DNA of 64,000 nucleotides from Bacteroidia bacterium (GCA_965216465.1 CBDCFW010000005.1:320001-384000), one strand, 5' to 3'. Counted from the stretch's first letter, positions 1-11,590 are shown. Translations and numbers: made by a program. The notes: generated by a model not told the origin, from the letters alone.

Positions 1-480
1 ACAAGCTGCTGCATCCATTGATAAATCTGCATTTTCTTTACGAATTGGAAGTGCATTTGCATCCTGAGTATTTCCAGAAGTATTTACTGAAATATACCCT
101 CCAGCTTGTTGTATTCTTTCGAAAGAAGAACGATCAACAACCAAGTCTTTTATCACAGGGAACGCTTTAGCTCTAAAAGGCTCAATGTAGATGGTATCTC
201 CATCCTTAAACGTTCTCATGTGCAACTGACAGGTGGTTGTGCCTCTAGAAGGACCGTGCGCTTCTCCATTGATAAACATCGAACAAGTACCACAAATACC
301 TTCTCTACAATCATGATCAAAGGCAATAGGCTCTTCTCCTTCATTAACCAATTTTTCGTTTAGCACATCCATCATTTCTAGAAATGACATATGCTCCGAA
401 ATATCGGTTACTTTATAGTCCACCATTTTTCCTTTGTCTTGTGGACCTTTTTGTCTCCAGATCTTTAATGTTAAATTCAT
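1..480 (-). CDS. sdhB: succinate dehydrogenase/fumarate reductase iron-sulfur subunit (5' part; truncated by window edge)
   Basis: Not in the ORF track. Manual reading from ATG at 480 gives [12 protein letters not shown]...SFLEMMDVL...[13 protein letters not shown], the 2Fe-2S motif. Directly downstream of sdhA. Confidence 0.93.
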   Translation of the reverse strand, partial: MNLTLKIWRQKGPQDKGKMVDYKVTDISEHMSFLEMMDVLNEKLVNEGEEPIAFDHDCREGICGTCSMFINGEAHGPSRGTTTCQLHMRTFKDGDTIYIEPFRAKAFPVIKDLVVDRSSFERIQQAGGYISVNTSGNTQDANALPIRKENADLSMDAAAC

Positions 481-482
481 AA

Positions 483-2486
483 CTATTTGTAGCTTCTTGT
501 TTTTAGTTCAATATCGTTAAACTCTAATTCTTCTTTGTGCAATATTGCTTCACTTGGCTTGCCTGTATATTCCCAAGCGGCAACATAAGCATATCCTGCG
601 TCGTCACGTAACGCCTCTCCTTCTTCTGTTTGGAACTCTTCTCTGAAGTGTCCTCCACAACTCTCATTTCGTTCCATTGCGTCTCTTGCGAACAACTCTC
701 CCAGCTCTAGGAAGTCTGCAACTCGTCCCGCTTTTTCAAGTTCTGGATTTAATTCATTAGCACCTCCAGGTACTTTAACATTTTTCCAGAAATCTTCTCT
801 TAACTCAGCAATTTCTTTAATAGCTTCTTTAAGACCTTGCTCATTTCTTGCCATACCACACTTGTTCCACATAATGTTTCCAAGACGTTTGTGATACCAA
901 TCAACTGAGTGCTCACCTTTGTTATTTACAAAGAAATCTATACGGTCTTTTACCTCTTTTTCTGCTGCATCAAATTCTGGAGAGTCCGTTGAAATTTTTC
1001 CAGTTCTGATATCATTCGCTAGGTAGTCACCAATAGTATATGGAAGTACAAAATAACCATCAGCCAAACCTTGCATCAATGCAGAAGCTCCAAGCCTGTT
1101 AGCTCCATGATCAGAGAAATTAGCTTCTCCAATTGCATAACAACCCGGAATGGTAGTCATCAAGTTGTAGTCAACCCAAATTCCTCCCATAGTATAATGC
1201 ACAGCCGGATAAATCATCATTGGAGTTTTGTAAGGATTTTGGTCTGTAATCTTCTCGTACATCTCAAAAAGGTTACCATATTTGGCTTCAACAATTCCTT
1301 CACCAAGCTCTCTGATTCGAGCTTCTGAAGCACTCGTTTCTCCTTTAATTGTTGCCTGTTCTTTACCGTAGCGCATAATCGCAGAAGCAAAGTCAAGATA
1401 AACTGCTTCACCAGTAGCGTTTACACCAAACCCGGCATCGCAACGTTCTTTAGCTGCTCTACTCGCAACATCTCTTGGAACCAAGTTTCCGAACGCTGGA
1501 TATCTTCGTTCAAGGTAATAATCTCTATCTTCTTCTGCTAGATCAGTCGGCTTCTTTTTACCTGCTCGTATCGCCTCAACATCTTCCATTTTTTTAGGAA
1601 CCCAGATTCTTCCATCGTTACGCAATGACTCTGACATCAAGGTCAATTTCGATTGGTAATCTCCACTACGTGGGATGCAAGTAGGGTGAATTTGAGTATA
1701 AGCTGGATTCGCAAAGTAGGCTCCTTTTTTATGAATCTTCCACGCTGCGGTAGCATTACTTCCCATCGCATTGGTCGAAAGGAAGTATACATTTCCGTAA
1801 CCTCCAGAACCAATTACAACGGCATGAGCCGAGTGTCTTTCAATTTCTCCGGTAACAAGATTTCTTGCGATAATACCTCTGGCCTTTCCATCAACAACTA
1901 CAACATCTAGCATCTCATGACGGTTAAACATCTCGATTTTACCTCTAGCAATTTGTCTATTCATTGCTGAATAAGCCCCAAGCAGTAATTGCTGACCGGT
2001 TTGTCCTTTTGCATAAAAGGTACGAGATACCAAAACCCCTCCAAACGAACGATTGTCAAGCAATCCACCATAATCTCTTGCAAATGGAACACCTTGTGCT
2101 ACACATTGATCGATAATGTTGGCTGAAACCTCAGCCAAACGGTAAACATTTGCTTCTCTTGAGCGATAGTCCCCTCCTTTTACCGTGTCATAAAACAATC
2201 GGTAAGTTGAATCGCCATCGCCTTGATAATTTTTAGCTGCGTTAATTCCACCTTGAGCTGCAATAGAGTGAGCTCTTCTAGGAGAATCTTGGTAGCAAAA
2301 CGCTTTCACGTTGTAACCTAGCTCTGCTAAGGTCGCAGCGGCTGAGCCTCCTGCTAGACCGGTTCCTACAACAATAACGTCGATGTTTCTCTTGTTCGCA
2401 GGGTTAACCAGATTAATATTGTCCTTGTAAGTAGTCCACTTATCTTTAATTGGACCTTTAGGTACTTTACTGTCTAATGTTGCCAT
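483..2486 (-). CDS. sdhA: succinate dehydrogenase/fumarate reductase flavoprotein subunit
   Basis: FAD-binding [19 protein letters not shown] (covalent FAD His), HYTMGG, HGANRLG and ESCGGHFR motifs. Confidence 0.96.
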   Translation of the reverse strand: MATLDSKVPKGPIKDKWTTYKDNINLVNPANKRNIDVIVVGTGLAGGSAAATLAELGYNVKAFCYQDSPRRAHSIAAQGGINAAKNYQGDGDSTYRLFYDTVKGGDYRSREANVYRLAEVSANIIDQCVAQGVPFARDYGGLLDNRSFGGVLVSRTFYAKGQTGQQLLLGAYSAMNRQIARGKIEMFNRHEMLDVVVVDGKARGIIARNLVTGEIERHSAHAVVIGSGGYGNVYFLSTNAMGSNATAAWKIHKKGAYFANPAYTQIHPTCIPRSGDYQSKLTLMSESLRNDGRIWVPKKMEDVEAIRAGKKKPTDLAEEDRDYYLERRYPAFGNLVPRDVASRAAKERCDAGFGVNATGEAVYLDFASAIMRYGKEQATIKGETSASEARIRELGEGIVEAKYGNLFEMYEKITDQNPYKTPMMIYPAVHYTMGGIWVDYNLMTTIPGCYAIGEANFSDHGANRLGASALMQGLADGYFVLPYTIGDYLANDIRTGKISTDSPEFDAAEKEVKDRIDFFVNNKGEHSVDWYHKRLGNIMWNKCGMARNEQGLKEAIKEIAELREDFWKNVKVPGGANELNPELEKAGRVADFLELGELFARDAMERNESCGGHFREEFQTEEGEALRDDAGYAYVAAWEYTGKPSEAILHKEELEFNDIELKTRSYK

Positions 2487-2504
2487 GTTTAAGTTCTATC
2501 TGTG

Positions 2505-3188
2505 TTATTGATTGATGTAATGAAATAATGCAATGATGATAAATCCTAGAGGAACCACAATTGCAAATGCGTTTCCTAGTTTTTTAAGTACTGGAGTGTA
2601 CTTTCTGCTGTTGAATCCAACTGATTGGAATGATGATTGGAATCCGTGAAGCAAGTGAAGTGCTAAAAACACAAAAGAGATTATATATCCGAACACTCTT
2701 GCAGGATGACAAAACTGTCCTTGCAATTCTTCAAAGTAACGGTAGTGTCCATGCTCATTTAGTCCATCCATACTACCTTGGATGTATTTCGTATTCATTT
2801 CTGGAATCCAAAAATCCATAAAGTGCACTACCAAAAACGCAAGAACAACCAGACCTGAATAGATCATGTTTCTACTCATCCAGGTTGCATTTGCTGCACC
2901 ATTGTACTTCGCGTATTTCACTTGACGGGCATTTCTGTTTTGCATTTCAATTACCATACCCATGACAAAGTGAAATATCACCCCAAAGATTAACACCGGT
3001 TGCAAGATCCCTTGAATCATTGCATTAGTACCCATAAAATGGGAAGCAGTGTTAAATAAATCTTCGCTCACTAACGACATCATATTCACTGAAAGGTGGA
3101 TGATCAGAAACGACATTAAGAAGAGTCCGGATAGTGCCATAAGCACCTTTCTTACGATACTCGACATTCTATTTTTCTTTTCAGACAT
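2505..3188 (-). CDS. sdhC: succinate dehydrogenase cytochrome b subunit (b558 family)
   Basis: RKVLMALSGLFL start, five TM segments with heme His residues (HLLHGFQSSFQS); first gene of sdhCAB. Confidence 0.92.
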   Translation of the reverse strand: MSEKKNRMSSIVRKVLMALSGLFLMSFLIIHLSVNMMSLVSEDLFNTASHFMGTNAMIQGILQPVLIFGVIFHFVMGMVIEMQNRNARQVKYAKYNGAANATWMSRNMIYSGLVVLAFLVVHFMDFWIPEMNTKYIQGSMDGLNEHGHYRYFEELQGQFCHPARVFGYIISFVFLALHLLHGFQSSFQSVGFNSRKYTPVLKKLGNAFAIVVPLGFIIIALFHYINQ

Positions 3189-3205
3189 AGTTGTTATTAA
3201 AACGG

Positions 3206-3213
3206 CAAATTTA
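3206..3213 (-). promoter_or_regulatory. Bacteroidota -7 promoter element (TAAATTTG) for sdhCAB
   Basis: Matches TAnnTTTG, 17 nt upstream of the sdhC ATG. Confidence 0.6.
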
Positions 3214-3280
3214 ATATGTTGTTTAGAACCATCTAAACTTTATTTTGATATTAAAATTGTTCTAAATAACCTTTGCCGCG

Positions 3281-4294
3281 ATGTATTCAATTTTAAGGAA
3301 TCTATTATTTCTTCTTACCCCCGAAAAGGCCCACTATTTTACAATGAGAATGTTCAAATTAGTGATGAATATTCCCTTCGTATCGTCTTCTTTTAAAATT
3401 CCAGAATCTTCATTTGAAGTTGATGGGCTGACATACAAAAACAAAGTTGGACTTGCTGCAGGATTTGATAAAGACGGAAAATTTCTTAAGCAATTGAATG
3501 CACTAAATTTTGGATTTATTGAAGTAGGTACAGTAACGCCTAAACCACAAAGCGGAAACCCAAAACCCCGACTGTTTAGACTGAAAAAAGACCGAGCAAT
3601 TATTAATCGTATGGGCTTTAACAACGAAGGCATTAAAGCACTCAAATCAAGGCTAATCAAATTCAGAAAAACAGAACGTGACTGCAACATGCAAATTGGT
3701 GTTAACATAGGCAAAAACAAAACTACGCCGAACGAAAATGCGGTTGACGATTATGTTAAATGTTACGAAGAGCTGTACGAACTTGCAGACTTTTTTGTAG
3801 TAAATGTTAGCTCACCAAATACACCAAACTTGAGAGAACTTCAAGACAAAGGAGAGCTTAAGAAAATTATTGGGGCCTTACTTGCTATCCGCAAAACTCA
3901 AGAGAAGTGGAAGCCGCTTTATCTTAAAATAGCGCCAGACTTGACCTTTTCTCAACTCGATGAAATCATAGAATTGCAACAAGAATTAAACTTTGAAGGC
4001 ATCGTCGCAACCAATACGAGTATCGATAGAAGTCTAATTAAAAACACCAATCACCGTTTGGTAGAACAAATTGGAGCTGGTGGGTTAAGTGGAGCCCCTG
4101 TTCTCGATGTTGCAAATTCATTTGTGAGTTACATCAGAAATAAATCTAAAATGACCATTATTGGAGTTGGTGGAATTGACTCGATAGAATCAGGCCAATC
4201 TAAATTTGATGCGGGCGCAGATTTAATCGAAGTTTACACCGGCTTCATTTATGCCGGTCCAGGAATTGTTAAAAAGTTAGCAAGCTTGAACTAA
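3281..4294 (+). CDS. pyrD: quinone-dependent dihydroorotate dehydrogenase (class 2)
   Basis: GLAAGFDK, GNPKPRLFRL, NRMGFNN, NVSSPNTP and GGLSG motifs. Confidence 0.96.
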   Translation: MYSILRNLLFLLTPEKAHYFTMRMFKLVMNIPFVSSSFKIPESSFEVDGLTYKNKVGLAAGFDKDGKFLKQLNALNFGFIEVGTVTPKPQSGNPKPRLFRLKKDRAIINRMGFNNEGIKALKSRLIKFRKTERDCNMQIGVNIGKNKTTPNENAVDDYVKCYEELYELADFFVVNVSSPNTPNLRELQDKGELKKIIGALLAIRKTQEKWKPLYLKIAPDLTFSQLDEIIELQQELNFEGIVATNTSIDRSLIKNTNHRLVEQIGAGGLSGAPVLDVANSFVSYIRNKSKMTIIGVGGIDSIESGQSKFDAGADLIEVYTGFIYAGPGIVKKLASLN

Positions 4295-5253
4295 TTACCT
4301 GCTTCAGCTTTTTCTTTTTCCTTATCTGCCTTTTTAGAACCTCTACTTGTTAATGAGAAATAACGTTTAGGGTATTTTTCAATGTCTTCAATCAAGCTTT
4401 TAAGTTTGATAATTGTACCATCTAAATCATTATACATCTGCTTATCGTTGACCAATAATCCCAATGACCCTTCACTGTTGTTGATGGCTGATGTAGTTTT
4501 CTCCAACTCTGTTGCTAATGACTTGATTTGATTTGCCAAAGCCTCAAATTCAATAGCAGCAATGTCTTGACTTGTTGAATCGATATCCGTTAGAATTTGA
4601 TCAATTTTAGGAGACAATCCCTTTAAATTGCGTGTTGTTTCTTCAACATTCGTAAGTATAGCATCGATTTGTTCTCCTTTACCATCCAATAGTTTGTTTA
4701 GTTTGTCTGCAGTCTCTTTGAATGAGTGCAAGGCAATAGAAGCATCCTTAAGCGTAGATTCAAGGTCAGCCCCAGCAATCGCAGTATCAATGTCATTTAG
4801 AACATGTCCGATACTTTTAGTCAATGGAGTTAACACATCACTCACGGCTTGGGCGATTCCTTGATCTTGAGTTGCGATTAGATAATCGCCACTTTGAGCA
4901 AGTGCCGTTGTATCTCCGAATATGATTTCAATTGCTTTAGAACCAATCATATCGTAGTTCACAATCTTCATTACTGAGTTAGCGGGAATCTTAATGTCGT
5001 TTGGCAGCTGAATTCCTACGGTTAACATGAGTGTCTCATTGTCCATTTGAACAGAACTTACCGAACCTACCTTGTATCCTCTTATCAACACAGGGTTGGA
5101 TGCAAATAATCCTTCGATCTTCTCATACTCTCCATAGTAATAGTTCGTTGAAGTGAATAGATTTTTACCTTGTAGGAAATTATACCCTATAATCAGTAAT
5201 GTTATTGATATTGCGGCTAATACTCCGACTTTTGTTTCTTTAGAAATACTCAT
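4291..5253 (-). CDS. MlaD/MCE family protein
   Basis: SKETKVG followed by a TM segment, MCE-like GL..SNPV.IRGYKVG, helical tail with GSLGLLVND...Y. Confidence 0.85.
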   Translation of the reverse strand: MSISKETKVGVLAAISITLLIIGYNFLQGKNLFTSTNYYYGEYEKIEGLFASNPVLIRGYKVGSVSSVQMDNETLMLTVGIQLPNDIKIPANSVMKIVNYDMIGSKAIEIIFGDTTALAQSGDYLIATQDQGIAQAVSDVLTPLTKSIGHVLNDIDTAIAGADLESTLKDASIALHSFKETADKLNKLLDGKGEQIDAILTNVEETTRNLKGLSPKIDQILTDIDSTSQDIAAIEFEALANQIKSLATELEKTTSAINNSEGSLGLLVNDKQMYNDLDGTIIKLKSLIEDIEKYPKRYFSLTSRGSKKADKEKEKAEAGN

Positions 5254-5275
5254 TTTATCTCAACCCAATTGGTTT

Positions 5276-6049
5276 TCAGTTATTTGCTTGTTCTAATTGT
5301 TCTTTATAAGCTTTAACCGCCTCAAATATATTGTATGCGGTTTCTTTTTCGCCGATTTCACTGGTTAAATAATCCTCATTTTGTTGATTAGTCAGAAATC
5401 CAGACTCTATTAAGACACTTGGCATGGTTGTTTGCCACAACACGGCGAAGTTTGCTTGCTTTACCCCCAAATTAATCTTAGTGCCATTCTTCGTTTGATG
5501 ATGTTGCACCAAACTAGCGAAAGAAATGCTCCTTTCCTGAAACGTGTTTTGCTGCATACTTAGTATGATATGAGCCTCAGGGTCATTTGCGTGAAGATCT
5601 TCGCGAGCACCTGGCAATTCAATATCTCCATTCTCTCTTTTAACCAAATTTAGATTCGCGTTTGATTTGTCTAACCCCATAACATAGGTTTCAAATCCTT
5701 TTATTCCTGTGTTGGTATGTGCGTTGCAATGTATCGAAATAAATAAATCGGCTTGTGCTGTGTTTGCAATGCTCGCACGGCGCTTCAGATCCACATATCG
5801 ATCTGTTTTACGTGTATATACCACATCAACATCACCTAAGCTATCTTCTAAAATCTTTCCTAATGCCAAAGCAATCGACAATGAAACTTCTTTTTCTTGC
5901 GAATGAGACCCAATGCAACCTGGGTCTTTTCCTCCATGTCCGGCATCAATAACTATGGTCTTTATCGAAGATTTTTGTTGTTTCAAAGCATCTGAGCTGC
6001 CTAACATCGAAATGCCAATAAGAAATATCATTAAAATGACTTTAGACAC
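5276..6049 (-). CDS. N-acetylmuramoyl-L-alanine amidase (Amidase_3)
   Basis: IVIDAGHGGKDPG, EK, ADLFISIHCN and PSVLIESGF motifs. Start is uncertain; GTG at 6049 gives a signal-peptide-like N-terminus (the ORF track starts at 6154). Confidence 0.88.
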   Translation of the reverse strand: MSKVILMIFLIGISMLGSSDALKQQKSSIKTIVIDAGHGGKDPGCIGSHSQEKEVSLSIALALGKILEDSLGDVDVVYTRKTDRYVDLKRRASIANTAQADLFISIHCNAHTNTGIKGFETYVMGLDKSNANLNLVKRENGDIELPGAREDLHANDPEAHIILSMQQNTFQERSISFASLVQHHQTKNGTKINLGVKQANFAVLWQTTMPSVLIESGFLTNQQNEDYLTSEIGEKETAYNIFEAVKAYKEQLEQANN

Positions 6050-6115
6050 GTTCTTTGTACAATATAAGTTGTTCATTTGCAGCACAGATTGAAGCCTTTT
6101 ATCGAAAAAGTATAA

Positions 6116-8761
6116 TTGAGCAATTCTAGGAAAACATATCTTCAATTCGTTCAAAATCAGTTGGTTTTATTTCAACGAGTCCTTTTGCTTTGTGGCTTAT
6201 TTTGTACACCATTTTTAAGCAACGCTCAGATTGAGATACCAGATATTTCTGATACAACTTCAACCTATTCCGACACCCTTGGAAGAGATAGCTTGGGCTT
6301 TCATATTGCAAACCACGAATCAAGTTTAGAAGATATTGTTGAATACCAAGCCGATGATTCTATTGTAATGAACCTTCAAGAGAAAAAGGCTTATTTGTAT
6401 GGCAATGCTCAAATCTTTTATCAAGACATTAAACTTAAAGCCCGATACATTGAAGTAGACTTCGACAGCAAGGATGTTTTTGCAGCAGGAACTTACAACG
6501 ATTCAACCCAAGCTTATGAGGGCAGACCTGAATTTGATGACGATGGTAAAATCTATGAAGCCGACACCATGCGTTATAATTTTGGAACGAAAAAGGGGAT
6601 CTCTTATGGTGTGCTTACCACTGAAGAAGATGGCTACATTCATGGTGAACGAGTTCTTCGAGACAGTTTTGAGAACATCTACGTGAAGAATGCAAAATTC
6701 ACTACTTGCAACCTGCCTGACCCTCACTTTTATATCAAAGCCGACAAGATCAAAGTCGTTCCGAAAAAACAAATTGTTACCGGACCTGCAAACCTGGTAA
6801 TTGAAGACATTAATACGCCTTTGGTCGTGCCTTTTGGCTTTTTCCCGATTCCTGAAAAGCAACAACACGGAATATTGTTTCCTTCTTTTGGAGAGTCTGC
6901 CGAGCGGGGATTCAATCTCCGTGGACTGGGATACTACTTCCCCATAAATCAGTACTTCGACTTGCAAGTAGCAGGAGATTTCTATTTTAGAGGAAGCTGG
7001 GGTGTTTCTGTTCGATCAAATTACTACAAACGCTATCGATATAGAGGAAATCTATCGTTTACCTATAACCTAAACGAGTTTAACGAACCTGAATCACCTT
7101 CGTACCGCGTTTCTAATGACTACAAGCTCAACTGGACCTTCAATAGAGATCAAAAAGCAAAACCAGGAAGTAGTTTTAGTGCCAATGTGAACTTTGTAAC
7201 TAGCAACTTCCTTAAAAATAATACTACAAACTACCAAGATATTATTAGCACCACTTCAGTATCGAGTGTGAGTTATGCCAAAGGTTTCTTTAACAATAAA
7301 TTGAATCTGAGTTTAAACTCTAATATGAATCAGAATTTAGGAACCGGAAGCTTAGACTTAACCCTGCCACAATTAACTGCTAACGTTTCGCGTCAATACC
7401 CTTTCAAGAAATTCAATTCGAAGAATAAAACATTGCGAAGCTTCATGAGAAACTTTGGTATTTACTATACTGGAGCTTTCAGAAATGAAATTAGCACGCA
7501 AGACACAACTTTAATAAGCGGTATTGGTGAAGTATTTGATAATTCTCCTAGTCCAAATCCGTCTAACCTGTTAAACGACTTTAGAAACGGAGTAAGCCAC
7601 ACCATTCCGTTTAGTACCTCGTTCAAGGCTTTTAAGTGGATTACGGTTTCTCCAAACTTTGACTTTAAAGAAAACTGGTATTTCAGAACTACCGAAAAAA
7701 CATGGGATGATTCTGGTGATTCGTTAATCGTTAACGACAACGTAAAAGGTTTTGAGCGCCAATACACTTATGGAACTTCAGTAGGTTTTTCAACTATTCT
7801 TTATGGTTTAAAACAATTCAAATCGGGCAGACTTAAAGCCATACGGCATGTAATGAGACCTAATGTATCAGCTGTTTGGAATCCAGATTTTAATACGGGT
7901 GAAGAAAATGGATTTAGAACTTATACCGACTCCAACCTTGTGATGCAGTCGTATTCGATTTATGAGAATGGCATTTTTCCTCGACTCAGCAGAGGACCTC
8001 AAGCTTCACTAAACTTTGGAGTAGGAAACAACCTCGAGATTAAAGTTCTAAGCAAAAAAGACACAGCGAACGGCGGAGTAAAGAAGGTTAAGATTATTGA
8101 AAGCATGAATGTGGGAAGTGGATATAATTTCTTAGCGGATTCTTTCCACTTGGCCGACTTTAGAATTAGCGGTAACACCACTATTTTAAACAAGATAAGA
8201 ATGACTTTTGGAACAACTATTGACCCCTATCGATACGACTCAACTGGAGGGGTAGTGCGAAGAGTGGATGAGTACATCTGGAAATCTGCTCCAAAATTTG
8301 GTCAAATGACTCGTTCAAATGTTTCGATTTCTACAAACTTGAATCCACAGGCATTTAAGAAGAAAACTTCTGACAATGTTAATGACCAAGAGTTAGAGCA
8401 CATCAACAACAACTTAAATGATTATGTTGATTTCAATATTCCTTGGAGTTTGAACTTAAACTATAATTTGGTTGCCAATACCCCAGCTCTAAGAGAATCA
8501 ACCATAACTCAAAGTGTTACATTTAATGGTGATGTCAAGCTAACCGATAATTGGAAAATTGGATTGAGCAGCGGTTACGACATTTCTCGAAAAGAGCTTG
8601 CGTTTACATCTCTTGACTTTTTCAGAGATCTGCACTGCTGGCAAATGACTTTTAGATGGTATCCTATTCAGCGTCAAATGTTTGAGTTCACCATTCAGGT
8701 TAAATCAAGCACTCTACAAGATCTTAAACTCAATAGAAGAAGATCGTGGTGGGATCTATAG
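6116..8761 (+). CDS. lptD: putative LPS assembly protein LptD (Bacteroidota type)
   Basis: Y.ADDSI, TTC...PHFY, GYYF and C-terminal RDLHCW motifs; usual divergent position next to amidase-mlaD. Confidence 0.82.
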   Translation: MSNSRKTYLQFVQNQLVLFQRVLLLCGLFCTPFLSNAQIEIPDISDTTSTYSDTLGRDSLGFHIANHESSLEDIVEYQADDSIVMNLQEKKAYLYGNAQIFYQDIKLKARYIEVDFDSKDVFAAGTYNDSTQAYEGRPEFDDDGKIYEADTMRYNFGTKKGISYGVLTTEEDGYIHGERVLRDSFENIYVKNAKFTTCNLPDPHFYIKADKIKVVPKKQIVTGPANLVIEDINTPLVVPFGFFPIPEKQQHGILFPSFGESAERGFNLRGLGYYFPINQYFDLQVAGDFYFRGSWGVSVRSNYYKRYRYRGNLSFTYNLNEFNEPESPSYRVSNDYKLNWTFNRDQKAKPGSSFSANVNFVTSNFLKNNTTNYQDIISTTSVSSVSYAKGFFNNKLNLSLNSNMNQNLGTGSLDLTLPQLTANVSRQYPFKKFNSKNKTLRSFMRNFGIYYTGAFRNEISTQDTTLISGIGEVFDNSPSPNPSNLLNDFRNGVSHTIPFSTSFKAFKWITVSPNFDFKENWYFRTTEKTWDDSGDSLIVNDNVKGFERQYTYGTSVGFSTILYGLKQFKSGRLKAIRHVMRPNVSAVWNPDFNTGEENGFRTYTDSNLVMQSYSIYENGIFPRLSRGPQASLNFGVGNNLEIKVLSKKDTANGGVKKVKIIESMNVGSGYNFLADSFHLADFRISGNTTILNKIRMTFGTTIDPYRYDSTGGVVRRVDEYIWKSAPKFGQMTRSNVSISTNLNPQAFKKKTSDNVNDQELEHINNNLNDYVDFNIPWSLNLNYNLVANTPALRESTITQSVTFNGDVKLTDNWKIGLSSGYDISRKELAFTSLDFFRDLHCWQMTFRWYPIQRQMFEFTIQVKSSTLQDLKLNRRRSWWDL

Positions 8762-8764
8762 CAG

Positions 8765-11590
8765 TTATTTCAACTCGTCTTTTAAGAATTTTGCGGTATA
8801 ACCGATGTCTTTCTTAACAACATCTTCAGGTGTTCCTGTCACAAGTACTTCTCCTCCTCCACTTCCACCTTCTGGGCCCAGATCAATAATCCAATCTGCA
8901 ACCTTAACCACATCTAGATTGTGCTCAATAACTAATACCGTATTTCCGAGTTCAACTAAGTTTTGAAGAACACCTAACAATTGATTTATATCGTCGAAGT
9001 GAAGACCCGTAGTTGGTTCATCAAGGATATAAAAGGTTTTTCCAGTACTAATTTTCGATAGTTCAGAAGCTAGTTTTACGCGTTGTGCTTCTCCTCCAGA
9101 AATTGTTGTACTGCTCTGTCCTAAACTAATATATCCCAATCCAACATCTTGTATGGCCTTAATTTTTCTATAAATACTAGGAACAGAATCGAAGAACTCA
9201 ACAGCCTCATCTACCGTCATATCTAGAACATCACTTATGCTCTTGTTCTTATAACGAATTTCTAGCGTTTCGCGGTTATAGCGCTTTCCACGGCATGTTT
9301 CACATTCGACCAAAACATCTGGAAGGAAATTCATTTCAATAACACGTTGGCCACCACCTTTGCAGGTTTCACATCTTCCTCCCTTTACATTAAAGCTAAA
9401 TCGACCAGGCTTATACCCTCTAATTTTAGATTCAGGAATCTCTGCAAAGAGGTTTCTGATATCCGAAAAGAAGCCAACATAAGTAGCTGGATTACTCCGA
9501 GGAGTTCGTCCAATTGGTGATTGATTTATGGTTATCACCTTGTCTATATGCTCTAGCCCTTTAATCTTCTTATAAGGCAACGGTTTCTTTTGCGACCTGT
9601 AAATAAACTCGGAAAGAACGGGGTGTAAAGTTTCATTGATTAAGCTACTCTTCCCACTACCCGAAACTCCTGTCACAGCTATTAATTTCCCTAAAGGAAA
9701 ATCAACCGAAACGTTTTTAAGATTATTTCCGGTGCATCCTTGTAAGCTTAGTTTTTTACCATTCCCTTTTCTTCTTTTTTCAGGAATTTCAATGGACTTG
9801 TAACCTCCTAAATAGTCTGCTGTTGAAGTATGTTCGTGTTGAATGCTCTCCCAAGGACCACTTGCAACAATTTCACCACCATTTTTCCCAGCTCTTGGAC
9901 CAATATCAACAACGAAATCACTTTCAACGATCATTTCTTTATCGTGCTCGACCACAATAACAGAGTTTCCTATATCTCGCAAGTCTTTTAGCGATTGAAT
10001 CAGTCGATGATTATCGCGTTGGTGCAAACCGATGCTTGGCTCATCCAAAATATAAAGAACTTCTTCAAGTTGAGATCCAATTTGCGTTGCGAGTCGAATT
10101 CGTTGTGCTTCGCCCCCACTTAATGTTTTAGCGGAGTTGTTTAATGACAAATAAGAAAGACCTACATCAACTAAAAATTGAACGCGCTCTTTAATTTCTT
10201 TCAGCACTTCTAAACCTATAGTCTTTTGTCTATCGTCAAGAAATTCCTCAACATTTGCAAGCCAATTGTGAAGTTCTCCAATGCTTTTTTTACTGAGATC
10301 CGCGATATTAAAATCTCCAATTTTGTATGAAAGTGCTTCTTTATTCAGTCGCCCCCCTTTACATTCAGGACAGTCAACTACGGTCATAAACTCTTCTGCC
10401 CACTTACTTAAATTTCCGTAGTCTTTTTCGTGGTAGGCCTCCATGAGTGAAGGAATCAAACCCTTCCATCGGGTTTCATAAGTTTGAGAATAACCTGTGC
10501 TTCCTTTGTATTCAACTTCAAACTTCTCTTCAGAACCATGAAGAATAATATCGAGTACTGGCTTTGCAATTTCTGATACTGGCTTAGATAAGCTAAACTT
10601 GAGCTTTCTACTCATTGCCTTCAATTGTGTAAAAGTCCAATTGTCTTTAACATCTCCGAGGGGTGCAAGTCCACCTTTATTGATGCTAAGTTTTGGATTC
10701 GGAATAATGTGTTCAATGAGAATATCGGAAGCCGAACCTAGCCCACTACAAGTTGGGCACGCTCCATACGGTGAGTTAAAAGAAAACAAATTTGGTTGCG
10801 GCTCATTATACGACAAGCCTGTTTCAGGATCCATTAAATGCTTACTGAAATGACTTATTTCTTTCGTATCTGGATTTAGAATACTCACCACTCCTTTTCC
10901 GAGCTTAATTGCCGAACGGATGGAGTCGGTTACACGCATACTGCCCGCATCTTCGGGAGCAATCCTGTCAATAACCAAATCAATATCATGAACTTTATAT
11001 CGATCGAGTTGCATGCCCGGTTCTATATCCATCAATTCTCCATCAACCCACACCTTAGAATATCCACGTTTGCGATACTGTTCGAATACTTCGCGATAAT
11101 GTCCTTTTCTTCCTTTTACTAACGGGGAGAGAACAATCATTTTTTGCAATGAAAATTTATCATTGATTGTTGCAATGATTTCTTGCTCGGTAAAGCGCTG
11201 CATTCTTTTGCCTGAGAGGTAAGAGTAAGCCTCTCCTGCTCTAGCAAACAACAATCGAAGAAAATCGTAGACTTCGGTAATGGTTCCCACCGTACTGCGT
11301 GGATTCTTACTTACTGTTTTTTGTTCGATTGAAATTACTGGGCTTAAACCCTCAATTTTGTCAACATCAGGACGCTTCATATTGCCCACAAACTGGCGGG
11401 CGTATGCCGAAAATGTTTCCATGTAACGGCGTTGTCCTTCCGCAAAAATGGTATCAAAGGCAAGACTCGATTTACCACTTCCACTTAAACCAGTAAACAC
11501 TACCAATTTGTGTCTTGGAATTTCTAAATCTACATTCTTTAAATTGTGCTCTCTGGCTCCAATTATTTTTATGCTTTCTTGCTCGCTGAT
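8765..11590 (-). CDS. uvrA: excinuclease ABC subunit A
   Basis: Two Walker A motifs (GLSGSGKSS, GVSGSGKSS), two LSGGE-type signatures and CxxC zinc fingers. The conserved N-terminal IIGAREHNLKN lies upstream of the ORF-track start, so the start is placed at ATC 11590. Confidence 0.96.
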   Translation of the reverse strand: MSEQESIKIIGAREHNLKNVDLEIPRHKLVVFTGLSGSGKSSLAFDTIFAEGQRRYMETFSAYARQFVGNMKRPDVDKIEGLSPVISIEQKTVSKNPRSTVGTITEVYDFLRLLFARAGEAYSYLSGKRMQRFTEQEIIATINDKFSLQKMIVLSPLVKGRKGHYREVFEQYRKRGYSKVWVDGELMDIEPGMQLDRYKVHDIDLVIDRIAPEDAGSMRVTDSIRSAIKLGKGVVSILNPDTKEISHFSKHLMDPETGLSYNEPQPNLFSFNSPYGACPTCSGLGSASDILIEHIIPNPKLSINKGGLAPLGDVKDNWTFTQLKAMSRKLKFSLSKPVSEIAKPVLDIILHGSEEKFEVEYKGSTGYSQTYETRWKGLIPSLMEAYHEKDYGNLSKWAEEFMTVVDCPECKGGRLNKEALSYKIGDFNIADLSKKSIGELHNWLANVEEFLDDRQKTIGLEVLKEIKERVQFLVDVGLSYLSLNNSAKTLSGGEAQRIRLATQIGSQLEEVLYILDEPSIGLHQRDNHRLIQSLKDLRDIGNSVIVVEHDKEMIVESDFVVDIGPRAGKNGGEIVASGPWESIQHEHTSTADYLGGYKSIEIPEKRRKGNGKKLSLQGCTGNNLKNVSVDFPLGKLIAVTGVSGSGKSSLINETLHPVLSEFIYRSQKKPLPYKKIKGLEHIDKVITINQSPIGRTPRSNPATYVGFFSDIRNLFAEIPESKIRGYKPGRFSFNVKGGRCETCKGGGQRVIEMNFLPDVLVECETCRGKRYNRETLEIRYKNKSISDVLDMTVDEAVEFFDSVPSIYRKIKAIQDVGLGYISLGQSSTTISGGEAQRVKLASELSKISTGKTFYILDEPTTGLHFDDINQLLGVLQNLVELGNTVLVIEHNLDVVKVADWIIDLGPEGGSGGGEVLVTGTPEDVVKKDIGYTAKFLKDELK

